Assembly (NCBI GenBank): GCA_964431965.1
Contig: CAYSLU010000013.1
Location: 899-64,898 of the forward strand
Source: an uncultured Verrucomicrobiota bacterium
GTDB lineage: Bacteria > Verrucomicrobiota > Kiritimatiellia > CAIKKV01 > CAYSLU01
Direction of reading: 5' to 3'
Length of the DNA: 64,000 nt
A model generated the notes under the pieces. The model ran no database searches. It was given only the letters and a program-made list of their open reading frames with translations, and was not told the DNA's origin. How positions within the stretch are numbered: the first letter of the stretch is position 1; the number at the start of each line of letters is the position of its first letter. This document shows, in pieces, positions 26,819 to 36,242 of the stretch. The translations under genes and the position numbers were made by a program.

Positions 26819-27346
26819 TCAGGGCGTCTCCTTCCGGTAGAGGCGGAGGAACAGGCCGCCGGATATCGAGTCGCTCCAGACGATCCGGTAGCCGGACACG
26901 GCGCCTTCCGCGATAGCCGGGGCGGCATTGGTCGAGACCTCGAGCACCGCGGCGCGCGGCGTCGGGTGCGTCCGGTCCATCGCGAGGCCGACGATCTCGA
27001 AGCGATGCGCGGCGCCCGCCAGGCGCGCCGGGAGTCGCGGGTTGAGATCGAACAGCAGCGGGGCCGCATCATACTGGAGGCTGAATGCCACCAGCTCCGC
27101 ATCCGGCGACGGCAGGTCCGTGATGTATCCGACGGGAGCCGGGCCCGCGGCCGCCCGGGCCGCGGCCGCCTTTGCGGTGGACTCGGACGCGAAGGCGTCG
27201 GGATCGGAGCGTGCGAAGCCGAGGCCGGGGTAGCGAGCCGCCACGTGCGGCCAGGCGCCGCACGTCGTGCGGATGCCGGTTGCGACGGAGCCGCCGGCTA
27301 CGCCGAGGGCGAAGAGCAGCATGAGGATGGCGGCCGGCTTCTTCAT
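26819..27346 (-). CDS. small secreted hypothetical protein
   Basis: It has a signal peptide (MKKPAAILMLLFALGVAGG). Its stop lies 1 nt before the downstream membrane-protein start. Confidence 0.5.
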   Translation of the reverse strand: MKKPAAILMLLFALGVAGGSVATGIRTTCGAWPHVAARYPGLGFARSDPDAFASESTAKAAAARAAAGPAPVGYITDLPSPDAELVAFSLQYDAAPLLFDLNPRLPARLAGAAHRFEIVGLAMDRTHPTPRAAVLEVSTNAAPAIAEGAVSGYRIVWSDSISGGLFLRLYRKETP

Positions 27347-27494
27347 GGCTGAAAGCGGAACCGTGAAGTGCGCCTTGTACTCCCCGGGTGCGCCGATGGC
27401 AAGCGCGGGGCGGCTTCGTCTGCCCGGACGTTGTGCGGCCGGCGGCGAGTGATATAGTAGCGCGCTTCGGACCTTGGAGATCGAGGAGGATCAC

Positions 27495-28724
27495 ATGACA
27501 TCTGGCACCATTCGGTTCGGCGTCGTCGGCATTCACGGCTATTCGCGTGCACACATCGGCTCGATTCAGGGCGTGGCCAGGAGTGGCGGGCCGGCCAGGC
27601 TGTCGGCGGCTGTCGGCTTTGCGCGTGAGCTGGACGAGCCGTACGCCGCAGGCCTTGAGGCGGCGGGCGTGAAGCTCGTGCCGGACCTGGATGCCCTGCT
27701 GGGGTTGAACGGGGAGATCGACATCGTCACGCTGCCGGTCGGGATTGCGCTTCACGTGCCGATGGCGACGAAAGCGCTGCAGGCCGGGTTCCCGGTGTAT
27801 CTCGAGAAGCCCGTGACGGGCACCATCCAGGACTTCGACCGGCTGGCGGAGATTGCGCGTGCCGCGCGGGGCCCTCTGTTCATCGGGTTCCAGGACATCT
27901 TCCAGCCGTCGCTGCGCGAGCTGAAGCGGCGCATCCTGGGCGGCGACCTCGGGAAGCTGCGCCGCGTGGTCCTGATGGCGGCGTGGCCGCGGGACATGCA
28001 GTACTACGGCCGCAACGGATGGGCGGGCCAGCTCGTGAACAAAGGAGTCATCGTGCTCGACTCCCCCCTGAACAACGCGTGCGCCCACTACCTGAACATC
28101 GCGCTGTTCCTGGCGGGCGCGCAGGCGGATGAGGCCGCACGCCCCCTGCGCGTGGAGGCGGAACTGTACCGGGCGAATCCGATCGAGTCGGCCGACACCA
28201 TGGCCGTGCGCGTGAAGACGGGCGAGTCCGTGGACGTCGTGTTCGCCGTCTCGCATGCCTGCGAGACGCACCGCGGCCCCATCTTCCGTCTCGAGTTCGA
28301 CGGCGGGGCGACGGTCACGATGGACCGGACGGCGGGCGTGTCGGATCCCTGGCGGCTGCGCTGGCCCGGCGGGCGCGAGGAGGCGATCGCGATCAACTGG
28401 GTGGATTCGCTCGGGCAGACGGCCCGGATTCTGCTCGGAGAGCGGGATCTGCCGGCCTGCACGCTGGCCATGTCGCGGGCTCACACGCTGGTTGTGAACG
28501 GGTGTCACCTGGCGACTCCGATCGTCACCATCGCGGAGTCGCGGCGGGCGTCGAAGACGCGCCTCGAGAACGGGGCGCTGCTCAACTACGTGCCGGGGAT
28601 GAACGCGGCGCTGGATGAGTCCTTTGAGAAGGGGTGCCTGCTGTCCGAGACCGGGCTGGCTCCATGGGCGGCGCGCGGCGGCTGTGCCGACGTGAGCGCG
28701 CTCCGCCGCTTCGCGCTTCCGTGA
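27495..28724 (+). CDS. Gfo/Idh/MocA-family NAD(P)-dependent oxidoreductase
   Basis: The Rossmann N-terminus reads IRFGVVGIHGYSRAH, and an EKP motif (YLEKPV) is present. GAGGAGGA precedes the ATG at 27495. The track ORF starts 21 nt earlier. Confidence 0.8.
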   Translation: MTSGTIRFGVVGIHGYSRAHIGSIQGVARSGGPARLSAAVGFARELDEPYAAGLEAAGVKLVPDLDALLGLNGEIDIVTLPVGIALHVPMATKALQAGFPVYLEKPVTGTIQDFDRLAEIARAARGPLFIGFQDIFQPSLRELKRRILGGDLGKLRRVVLMAAWPRDMQYYGRNGWAGQLVNKGVIVLDSPLNNACAHYLNIALFLAGAQADEAARPLRVEAELYRANPIESADTMAVRVKTGESVDVVFAVSHACETHRGPIFRLEFDGGATVTMDRTAGVSDPWRLRWPGGREEAIAINWVDSLGQTARILLGERDLPACTLAMSRAHTLVVNGCHLATPIVTIAESRRASKTRLENGALLNYVPGMNAALDESFEKGCLLSETGLAPWAARGGCADVSALRRFALP

Positions 28725-28739
28725 TTCGGGCGGGGCCGC

Positions 28740-30140
28740 TCAGGCGTTCGCCCGGAGCTCGCGGAGCAGCCGAACGGCCGCCTCGCCCATGCGCTTCCCG
28801 GCATCGGGTGCCAGCCGGCTCTGCAGGGCCAGGCACGACTCGTAGCCACCACGGGCGATTCCGTCCTCCTCCGGGATGTAGCCTTGCCAGCCGTTGGCCA
28901 GCTCGACCAACTGGGTGGCGGGAAAGGGCGAGGCGGCCCGGACGGCGTGTCCCAGCGTGCTGAAGTACTCGCAGGGGAATCCGACGATCGCCAGATCGCC
29001 GCAGGCGAGCGCTTGGATCTCGACGTCCTCAACCAGTTCGCGCGCCCCGACGCGGCGCTGGTGCTCCCACGTCCCGACGATGTCGCGAGCCAGCCAGTCG
29101 TCGACCGCCTCGGAATTGTGATGGAAATGGTACGCGTAGCCGTACAGGTCCCGCGCCAGGCGTCCGCTCGACGGCTCGCCCCGGGCGCGCGACTCCAGAT
29201 GTCGACGGGCGGTTTCGACCTGCGTGCCGGTCACACGCCGCTGGGCTATGCGGAGGATCTCGCGCCGGACGAGGAGGGGCGAAGCCCGGATGGCGGTCGC
29301 ATCGCGAAGGGCCACGATCGTTCGGTCGGCGATGCCTTCGCCCATCCGCCGGGCATACTCGGCTCCACCCTCGCCGGTGCGGCCTGGGATGCCGCTGTTC
29401 TGAGACAGATCGCCCGCCGGCCCGTTCGCGAAGACGAACGTGCCGCCCAGCTGCTGCTCCAGCCGGTCCCTCAGAGGCCCGGGGTAGTCGGCGCTGAAGC
29501 GCGTGTCGCTGTACATCGCGGTGGGGTGACAGCCGAAGTTGACGATGCCACCCATGGGCCGGCTGTCGGCGGCGACGGCGAGCAGCGCCCAGACGTCGCG
29601 CTCGTCCGGGCCCTCCATGCGGACGAAGCCGGGGGCGTCGCGCCGTCCGTGGGTGCCGACCTGCTCGCGCCCGTCCGCATCCCGGTAGATCGGTCGGCGG
29701 TTGAAGGACCAGCCCGGCGCGTCGCCGTGCGCGAAGCGGAGCGTGGCCGGGGCCAGCGCGACCGCCGTGCGCCGGGCGAGGTCGCCGAGCAAGGGGAGGA
29801 TGCGATCGACCCCGGCATACGCGTCATCGACGGGCAGCCACGGGTTCGTGGCCGGCGCGCAGTGCGTGTGCGTGGTGGCGACCATCACGTGCGCGGGCGG
29901 CAGCCCGGCCGCGGTCGCGATGGCGGCCCGGAACTCGGCGGCCACGGGCGGGAAGATCACGTTCAGGTCGAGCACGCACACGGCCAGCCGGGCGGACCCG
30001 TCGTCGAACAGCGCCAGCCGCGCGGTGAGCGGCCACTTGACGCCGGTGGACGTCAGGATGTTGATGCCGAACCGTCCGAACCGAGGACCGATTTCAGGGG
30101 TGATGTCGATCGCGCCGAATGCCGCCTGTAGTGTGCTCAT
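28740..30140 (-). CDS. hypothetical hydrolase, possibly neutral/alkaline ceramidase-like
   Basis: The N-terminal AAFGAIDITPEIG and the THTHCAP His cluster are reminiscent of bacterial neutral ceramidases. Length is 466 aa. The function call is low confidence. Confidence 0.5.
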   Translation of the reverse strand: MSTLQAAFGAIDITPEIGPRFGRFGINILTSTGVKWPLTARLALFDDGSARLAVCVLDLNVIFPPVAAEFRAAIATAAGLPPAHVMVATTHTHCAPATNPWLPVDDAYAGVDRILPLLGDLARRTAVALAPATLRFAHGDAPGWSFNRRPIYRDADGREQVGTHGRRDAPGFVRMEGPDERDVWALLAVAADSRPMGGIVNFGCHPTAMYSDTRFSADYPGPLRDRLEQQLGGTFVFANGPAGDLSQNSGIPGRTGEGGAEYARRMGEGIADRTIVALRDATAIRASPLLVRREILRIAQRRVTGTQVETARRHLESRARGEPSSGRLARDLYGYAYHFHHNSEAVDDWLARDIVGTWEHQRRVGARELVEDVEIQALACGDLAIVGFPCEYFSTLGHAVRAASPFPATQLVELANGWQGYIPEEDGIARGGYESCLALQSRLAPDAGKRMGEAAVRLLRELRANA

Positions 30141-30182
30141 GTCGCTCCTCGCCCCGCTGTTTCGCCGGGCTGCCCTTCCGCT

Positions 30183-30869
30183 CTACTCCACAATCGTCCG
30201 CAGCCTCTCGACGCGATGCTTTCGCAGGAACTCCTTCAGAAACTGAACCGCGACGGGGGTGTCCTGGATCTCGTAGTACTCCTCCCCGGTCTCCAGCTGC
30301 CTCCACATCTTGGCCGTCAAGGACTGGGCGAAGTCGACGTTCTCCGGGTCGAGTCCCTTCGCGATCTCGACCTCGTCGATCGGCTTCCCGTCCCGGAACC
30401 CGTTCTCGCGCCGCAGCCAGAGATTCTGCACGGCAATCTCTGCGGGGAAGTCGCGCGCGGCGATCTCGGCTAGCACGCCGTGGTCCTGCCGAAAGTATCG
30501 GAACCGGATCCGCGATTCATCCGACTCGCGGTCGAAGACGACGAGGTGGAGCAGGTTGCTGTGTGCCCGGAGGCAGATCGGCACTCCGGGGCCAACCCAG
30601 AGGACCTGCCGTCCCTGCCAGGGGATGGAGAGGTACGTGGTGTCGTGCTGAAAGAACTCCGCTTTCGGCGTGCTGAGGAGGTGGACCGCTCCGAACGACT
30701 TGTACTTCAAGCCCCAGCGCTCGGCGTGCTCCCGGTAGTCGATGAACCTGCCCGGCTCAACTTCCGCCCTTCCCCTGATGTCGACCGCCTCGCGCACGAG
30801 CCGGTTCTCCACGCCGCGGCAGACGGACGGCAGCAGCAGGAGAAAGAGCAACGGGAGTCTCGGGCTCAT
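30183..30869 (-). CDS. secreted hypothetical protein
   Basis: The signal peptide is MSPRLPLLFLLLLPSVCRG. Length is 228 aa. No motif was recognised. Confidence 0.55.
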   Translation of the reverse strand: MSPRLPLLFLLLLPSVCRGVENRLVREAVDIRGRAEVEPGRFIDYREHAERWGLKYKSFGAVHLLSTPKAEFFQHDTTYLSIPWQGRQVLWVGPGVPICLRAHSNLLHLVVFDRESDESRIRFRYFRQDHGVLAEIAARDFPAEIAVQNLWLRRENGFRDGKPIDEVEIAKGLDPENVDFAQSLTAKMWRQLETGEEYYEIQDTPVAVQFLKEFLRKHRVERLRTIVE

Positions 30870-31034
30870 ATCACTTCCTTCCTTCCGAATGCACCGGCCG
30901 GATTCCCGGGCTTGGGGTCGCCGGACAGCGAGAGCACAGGCGACGGCATTCCGATGTGTCTGCGGACACTAGATCGGCGGTTGGAGGAGATCAACGGGAA
31001 AGTCCGATCTGGAGCGGCTCGGAAGCCATCTGAG

Positions 31035-31946
31035 CTACCCGACCGCCACAAGGACCAGGCCGGCGAACATGATGAGCACGCCGACAAGTTTGGGGCCGTG
31101 CGGCGGTTCGCGCAGAACGAGGATGCCGAAGGTCGCGCCCAGCGGGATGCTGAGCTGGCGGAACGCCACGACGTAGCTGATGTTGCTCACGTGTGCCATG
31201 GAGACCAGGACGAGCGCGTAGGCGGCATAGATCACGGCGCCGGCCGCGGCGGCGTGCGGGAGGTGTGCGCGGACGGTTTCCTTGAGGTTCAGGCGGCCTT
31301 CGCGGCGGGGAAGGATGAATAGCAGGAGCCAGAGCGACGTGATCGCGCCGTCCAGGCACAGGTAGAGGAGCGTGATCGCCGGCACTCCCCAGCCGTCGGC
31401 TGCGGCGCCCCGCAGTCGGCGCAGTGCTTCATCGTCCACGAGCGAGTAGCCGGCCGTCCCGAACGCCGCTATCAGCGCGAGCGCGCACGTGGCATTCAGA
31501 TAATGCCGGACGTGGATCTGCGAGAATCTCTGCATGGGGAGCAGGAAGCATCCCGTCACGACGAGCACGATGCCGGTGACGCAGCCCATGCCGACCTGGG
31601 TCCGGCGGCCGAGCGCGAAGGTCACGAGGGCCACGAGCAACACGGGCACTGAGCGCGCCAGCGGGTAGGCCACGGACATATCCCCCGCGCGGTACGCGCC
31701 GGCGAGCGCGGCATAGTAGACGGCCATGAAGAAGCCGGTCGCCAGCAGCAGCGGTCCGACATCGGCGAGCGCGCGGATGGCCGCGCCGTCGAGGCCGCGG
31801 ATGAGCACCGGCAGGAGCAGCAGGGAGCCGGTTGTGTTCGCCAGAAGGAAGAACGACGCCGACGGGTGCCGGCTCTTCGTAAAGAGGTTCCACCCCGCGT
31901 GCATCACGGAGGAGAGGAGGATCAGGATGATGGCGGCGAGCGTCAT
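31035..31946 (-). CDS. DMT-superfamily (EamA-like) transporter
   Basis: It has ten predicted TM helices arranged as two duplicated EamA-like halves. Length is 303 aa. Confidence 0.8.
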   Translation of the reverse strand: MTLAAIILILLSSVMHAGWNLFTKSRHPSASFFLLANTTGSLLLLPVLIRGLDGAAIRALADVGPLLLATGFFMAVYYAALAGAYRAGDMSVAYPLARSVPVLLVALVTFALGRRTQVGMGCVTGIVLVVTGCFLLPMQRFSQIHVRHYLNATCALALIAAFGTAGYSLVDDEALRRLRGAAADGWGVPAITLLYLCLDGAITSLWLLLFILPRREGRLNLKETVRAHLPHAAAAGAVIYAAYALVLVSMAHVSNISYVVAFRQLSIPLGATFGILVLREPPHGPKLVGVLIMFAGLVLVAVG

Positions 31947-32060
31947 GACCGGCGGATGCTACGCTGGGACCCGCCGGGGATCAACGCGCGGATTGGCGTA
32001 GCAGCGGGGCATGCTGTGAGCTCGCTCTACGTGGCCGGCGAGCTCGCCCGGGTTCCGACA

Positions 32061-32696
32061 GGTAGGGCGGTCTCGCCGAGACCGCCGCGTGTAGGCGGAC
32101 TGCGCGATACGAGACAGCTCGACGGATTGGGCCGAAGGGCGACACGCCAGCCCGGCCCATCTGGGCGGTTGCCGGGGGACGGCACATACAGGAGTATGGT
32201 GCCGCCCCCGGCGCCCGCCCATCTGGACCAGTCTGACGTATCGCCCTTCGGGCCTCTCGCAGACTCGGGGCGACCCAATCCGCCTCGCGGGTCGCCCCGT
32301 TCCGTCGCGGACTCGGAACGGTGGGTCAGGGTGACCTTCGACACTCTGCTGTTCCTGGTCTGCCGGGTAGGGCGGTCTCGCCGAGACCGCCGCGTGTAGG
32401 CGGACTGCGCGATACGAGACAGCTCGACGGATTGGGCCGAAGGGCGACACGCCAGCCCGGCCCATCTGGGCGGTTCCCGGGGGACGGCACATACAGGAGT
32501 ATGGTGCCGCCCCCGGCGCCCGCCCATCTGGACCAGTCTGACGTATCGCCCTTCGGGCCCCTCGCAGACTCGGGGCGACCCAATCCACCTCGCGGGTCGC
32601 CCGTTCCGTAGCGGACTCGGAACGGTGGGTCAGGGTGACCTTCGACATTCCGCTGTTCTTGGTCTGCCGGGTAGGGCGGGCTCGCCGAGACCGCCA
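32061..32696. repeat. tandem direct repeat with a ~305-bp unit, 2 full copies plus a ~27-bp start of a third, each unit beginning with the hairpin GGCGGTCTCGCCGAGACCGCC
   Basis: Unit 1 is 32061-32365, unit 2 is 32366-32669 and the partial unit 3 is 32670-32696. The two full units differ at about 8 positions plus one 1-nt indel. A 304/305 unit is not a multiple of 3. Several internal inverted repeats are present. There is no credible ORF in the region. Confidence 0.9.
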
Positions 32697-32769
32697 TACC
32701 GTTCACGGTATCGGCTCTGCGGGCGCGAAAGAACGATCGGGCGAAACGGATGCCGTCCGCAGTCACCTC

Positions 32770-33591
32770 TCACGGCGCCGGCGTGAAGGTCCGGATGGCC
32801 TCTTGTGCCTGCTCGACGTCGTCCGAGTTCAGGATGTCGGCGCCCATGGCGAGGCGCTCGTGATAGAGGCCAAGCCCCTCCTGGCGGGCGCGGCGGTCCA
32901 CCTCCAGGAATGTGCCGTAGGTGGTGAGGATGCCTTCGTCGTGCAGGCGCTCGAACACCTCGGGAGGGGTCTCGTCGTGGATCCACGCGACGAGCCGCTC
33001 GTGCGGGATGCCGGACGAGAGCAGGTCGCGCATGTGCGCTTCGTTGGTGGCGCGCCCGTACACCATGACATCGGGGTCCAGTTGGTGGGCCCGCACGGTG
33101 TCCACGATGGCGTAGGTCAGGACGACGCAGCACGTGTGCTGGCGCCGTTCGCGGACATGGCGGAGCACGCGCCCCCAGGCGTCGCCTTCCTCCTTGATGT
33201 CCAGGAACACCACGGTCGTGCCTGCTGCCCAGTCCATCACCGCGTCGAGCGTCTCGACGGTCTGGTCAAGCACCCGGTGTTCCTCGTCCTTGAGGCGCAG
33301 GCTCCGCAGTTCGGCGAGGGTGCGCTCCGAGAGGTCGCCCGTGCCGGTGGTGCAGCGATCGAGGGTGCGGTCGTGGTTCAGGACCAGCGAGCCGTCCCGG
33401 GTGGTGCGCACGTCCACCTCGGTCCAGCAGCCGGACGCTTCCCATGCCCGGCGATAGGCCGCGAGCGTGTTCTCCGCGAAGCCGATGGGCGGCGCCCCGC
33501 GGTGGGCGAGGATGGCGGCTTCGCGGCCCGGGAGCCAGCGCATGTACTCGTAGAGATCGCTCGGCCGCTTGAACTGGATCGGACTGGGCAT
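32770..33591 (-). CDS. glycerophosphodiester phosphodiesterase family protein (GDPD/UgpQ-like)
   Basis: The in-frame ATG is at 33591 (MPSPIQFK...). ILAHRGAPPIGFAENTLAAY and TEVDVRTTRDGSLVLNHD are the GDPD catalytic His/Arg and Glu/Asp blocks. The upstream 588 aa of the 861-aa track ORF are noise. Confidence 0.8.
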   Translation of the reverse strand: MPSPIQFKRPSDLYEYMRWLPGREAAILAHRGAPPIGFAENTLAAYRRAWEASGCWTEVDVRTTRDGSLVLNHDRTLDRCTTGTGDLSERTLAELRSLRLKDEEHRVLDQTVETLDAVMDWAAGTTVVFLDIKEEGDAWGRVLRHVRERRQHTCCVVLTYAIVDTVRAHQLDPDVMVYGRATNEAHMRDLLSSGIPHERLVAWIHDETPPEVFERLHDEGILTTYGTFLEVDRRARQEGLGLYHERLAMGADILNSDDVEQAQEAIRTFTPAP

Positions 33592-33620
33592 GTGCGTGCT
33601 CTCCCGGCTTCGTGATTGCC

Positions 33621-35552
33621 TCAACGGGCCGCGCCGTCTGTCAGCCGGTACACCCAGAGGTCCACCTCCGGGAACTGAAGTGCCGGCGCGGCCATGCGGA
33701 GAAAGCCGGGCGAGTCGGAGGGTGCGGGCAGCACCAGGTATCGCACGCCCAGCGCGCGCCACACGTCGGATGTCGGGCTGATCGTGACCGCATAGGCGTC
33801 GAACGCCGTGAGCGCGAACCGGGCTTGCGCGGTTTCGCCCGTGGCGAGCGCCATGTGGCCGTAGCGATTGTAGACGGCGGCGCCGTCGCCGCTCGGATCC
33901 AGGACGCGCATCAGCTCCGGGTCCGGCACCACGCGCGTTCCATTGAGGACCGTGGCGCCCGCCGCCTTCAGGTAGTTGGCGAACAGGTAGTTGCCGTAGA
34001 CGGCCCAGCGGGCGCCGGGCTCGGCGGCGGCCAGGCGGCTCGCCTCCCGGTGCAGGCGGGTCTGGGCGATGGGGGCGAGGCCGCGGGCCAGCGGGTTGAC
34101 GAGGGCGTGGGCGATAAGCGTGGGCGCCACGACGCAGGCGGCCAGGACCGCGATCCGGCCCGACCAGATGGCGTAGCCCGCGCCGCCGGCGGCGAGCGTC
34201 ACGAGTGCGATCCGGCCGCCGGACAGGAGTTCGGGGGCCGACGGCCGGAGGGCGATGCCGACGGCCAGGGCCATCGCGGCCAGCGCGACGCCGGCGGCGA
34301 TGGCCGGCGCATGGGCCCGGCGGCCGGTGCGCCCGGCGGCGCAGACCGTACACCACAGCACGCTGGCCACGCCGAGGCCGAGCATGGCCCGGGCGGAGGG
34401 GACCAGCGCCAGGCCGGTGATCCGGGCGAGCGGGGCGGGCCAGCCGAACACGATCCACGCGAACAGGGCGATGGTGTAGAGCGCGAGGGCCATCTCGATG
34501 GGGCGGACTGGCCGCCGGCGCACAGCGTCCCAGGCCAGTGCGGCGAGGGGGAGGGGAAAGAGGAGGACAAAGCGGCTGGCCTCGCAGACATTCGGATAGG
34601 GACGGGGATGGGCCCCTTCGGACATCCAGACATCGAACAGCCCGCCGAACGCCTGTGCGAGCGTGCTGTCGCCGCCGGCCGCTACGCGGGCGCCGGGGTA
34701 GACGGTGGCGTGGACGAGGGCCAGCGGCTCGGATGCCTGCAGGAAGTAGGACGCCGAAAGCGCCAGCCCGGCGGCGACCGCGGCGGCGGCCGGCAGCCAG
34801 GTCCACCGGCGGGTGCCGCGGGGAATCCGGGCGGCCACGAGGACGACGCACAGCCAGGCCAGCGGGATCTGGAACGGAGGGTAGCAGCTCATCGTGAAGT
34901 TGAGCGCCGCCGCCGCTGCGAGCGCGGCGGCCGCGACGGATCGGGCGGGGCGGCCGGCCGTCAGGGACCCGATGAGGCCGGCGGTCATCAGGGCCCAGGA
35001 GCCGAGCATCTCGGGCAGAGCCGAGGGGGAGGAGAACCACCACTGGACAAACGCCGACCCTGAGATCCAGGCGGCGCCGACGGCTGCGGCGCCGGGGCGG
35101 CCGGTCAGGACGAGCAGCAGGGCGAAGCAGCCGCCGGCGAGGAGGATGGCCTTCATCAGCCAGTAGAACGCGAAGGCCCGCTCCGCGTCCAAGGCAAAGA
35201 ATCCCCAGAACTGCGGGCGGAAGACGGCGCTCCAGTGACGGATCGGCACGTTCATCAGCATCGTGGTCCGGCCGGGGCCCCAGGCGGGATTGACGAGCGG
35301 ACAGGAGGGGCTCCGGTTCAGCTGGCTGAGGATGGCCGGCGTCACGACCGACCACTCGTCGATGCGGATGAATCGCGGCGTGCCAGCGACGACTCCGTCG
35401 TCCGGCGTCCGGCCCGGGAAGCCGGAGTTCCAGATACCGATCGAGGACCCGTGAAGCCGCGCCAGCGTGCCGGCCGCGAGGAGGGCCAGCGCGACGAATC
35501 CGGCGGCGGCAAGCGTCCGGTGGATCGGCGCGGCGGAGTGGACGGTCGACAC
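33621..35552 (-). CDS. large polytopic membrane protein of unknown function
   Basis: The GTG at 35552 has GGGAGG 7 nt upstream. The protein has at least 12 predicted TM helices and is 644 aa long. It is tightly linked to the aldolase upstream and the GDPD downstream. Confidence 0.6.
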   Translation of the reverse strand: MSTVHSAAPIHRTLAAAGFVALALLAAGTLARLHGSSIGIWNSGFPGRTPDDGVVAGTPRFIRIDEWSVVTPAILSQLNRSPSCPLVNPAWGPGRTTMLMNVPIRHWSAVFRPQFWGFFALDAERAFAFYWLMKAILLAGGCFALLLVLTGRPGAAAVGAAWISGSAFVQWWFSSPSALPEMLGSWALMTAGLIGSLTAGRPARSVAAAALAAAAALNFTMSCYPPFQIPLAWLCVVLVAARIPRGTRRWTWLPAAAAVAAGLALSASYFLQASEPLALVHATVYPGARVAAGGDSTLAQAFGGLFDVWMSEGAHPRPYPNVCEASRFVLLFPLPLAALAWDAVRRRPVRPIEMALALYTIALFAWIVFGWPAPLARITGLALVPSARAMLGLGVASVLWCTVCAAGRTGRRAHAPAIAAGVALAAMALAVGIALRPSAPELLSGGRIALVTLAAGGAGYAIWSGRIAVLAACVVAPTLIAHALVNPLARGLAPIAQTRLHREASRLAAAEPGARWAVYGNYLFANYLKAAGATVLNGTRVVPDPELMRVLDPSGDGAAVYNRYGHMALATGETAQARFALTAFDAYAVTISPTSDVWRALGVRYLVLPAPSDSPGFLRMAAPALQFPEVDLWVYRLTDGAAR

Positions 35553-35569
35553 GGCTGACCTCCCGCTAT

Positions 35570-36223
35570 TCAGACCGCCTTGCCGGTGTTCTCGGCCCGC
35601 AGGGACATGAGGTGGGCGGCGTCTGACTTGGAGAGCGGCTGAAGCCGGTCGCCCGTGTCGAGGATGATCCGGCACGCGAGTTCAAAGAAGGCGGCGCGCT
35701 GGAGGGCCTCCTCGTAGTCCTGTCCCACCGTGACCTGCCCGTGGTTTCGCATGACGACGAGGTTGTGGTGGATCACGGAGGCGATCACCGCCTCGGAGAG
35801 GGTGGCCGAGCCGGGGAGGTAGAAGGGCACCGTCCCGACGGGGCCGACATAGTAGGGGATCTCGGGGATGACAAAGTAGTTCGGCGGATCGCCGGCGCGG
35901 CAGGCCAAGGCCGTGGCGCAGGGCGAGTGGAAGTGGAGCACGACGTTCACTTCCGGCCGCTTGCGCATCGCGCCGGAGTGGAAGCCGGCTTCCATGGATG
36001 GGCGGACCGCGCCGAGGGGGGTGGCGTCGGCGATCCGGCAGACGGCGACCTGCTCCGGCGTGATGGTGCCGAGCCAGCTCTGCGTGGCCGAGACGAGCAT
36101 GCGGTCGCCATCGATCCGGAGCGACATGTTGCCGCTGCTGCAGCGGGTGAGCCCGTACTGGTCCACGCGGTGGCACGCCGCCACGAATGCATCGATCACG
36201 CCCGGCGAAACGGCATCGCTCAT
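35570..36223 (-). CDS. class II aldolase/adducin-family protein
   Basis: It has metal-binding His clusters (VVLHFHSP and VIHHNLVVMRNHGQVTVG). AGGGAGGG lies 6 nt upstream of the ATG at 36223 (MSDAVSPG). Confidence 0.8.
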   Translation of the reverse strand: MSDAVSPGVIDAFVAACHRVDQYGLTRCSSGNMSLRIDGDRMLVSATQSWLGTITPEQVAVCRIADATPLGAVRPSMEAGFHSGAMRKRPEVNVVLHFHSPCATALACRAGDPPNYFVIPEIPYYVGPVGTVPFYLPGSATLSEAVIASVIHHNLVVMRNHGQVTVGQDYEEALQRAAFFELACRIILDTGDRLQPLSKSDAAHLMSLRAENTGKAV

Positions 36224-36242
36224 GACAGTCCCTCCCTTTTCT

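Noticed and set aside
31950-32760. Short ORFs within the tandem repeat (for example 31866-32399 +, 32321-32611 +, 31959-32648 -)
   Set aside because: They are produced only because the repeat lacks stops. The translations are Arg/Pro-rich, the repeat period is not a multiple of 3, and no start/SD context exists.
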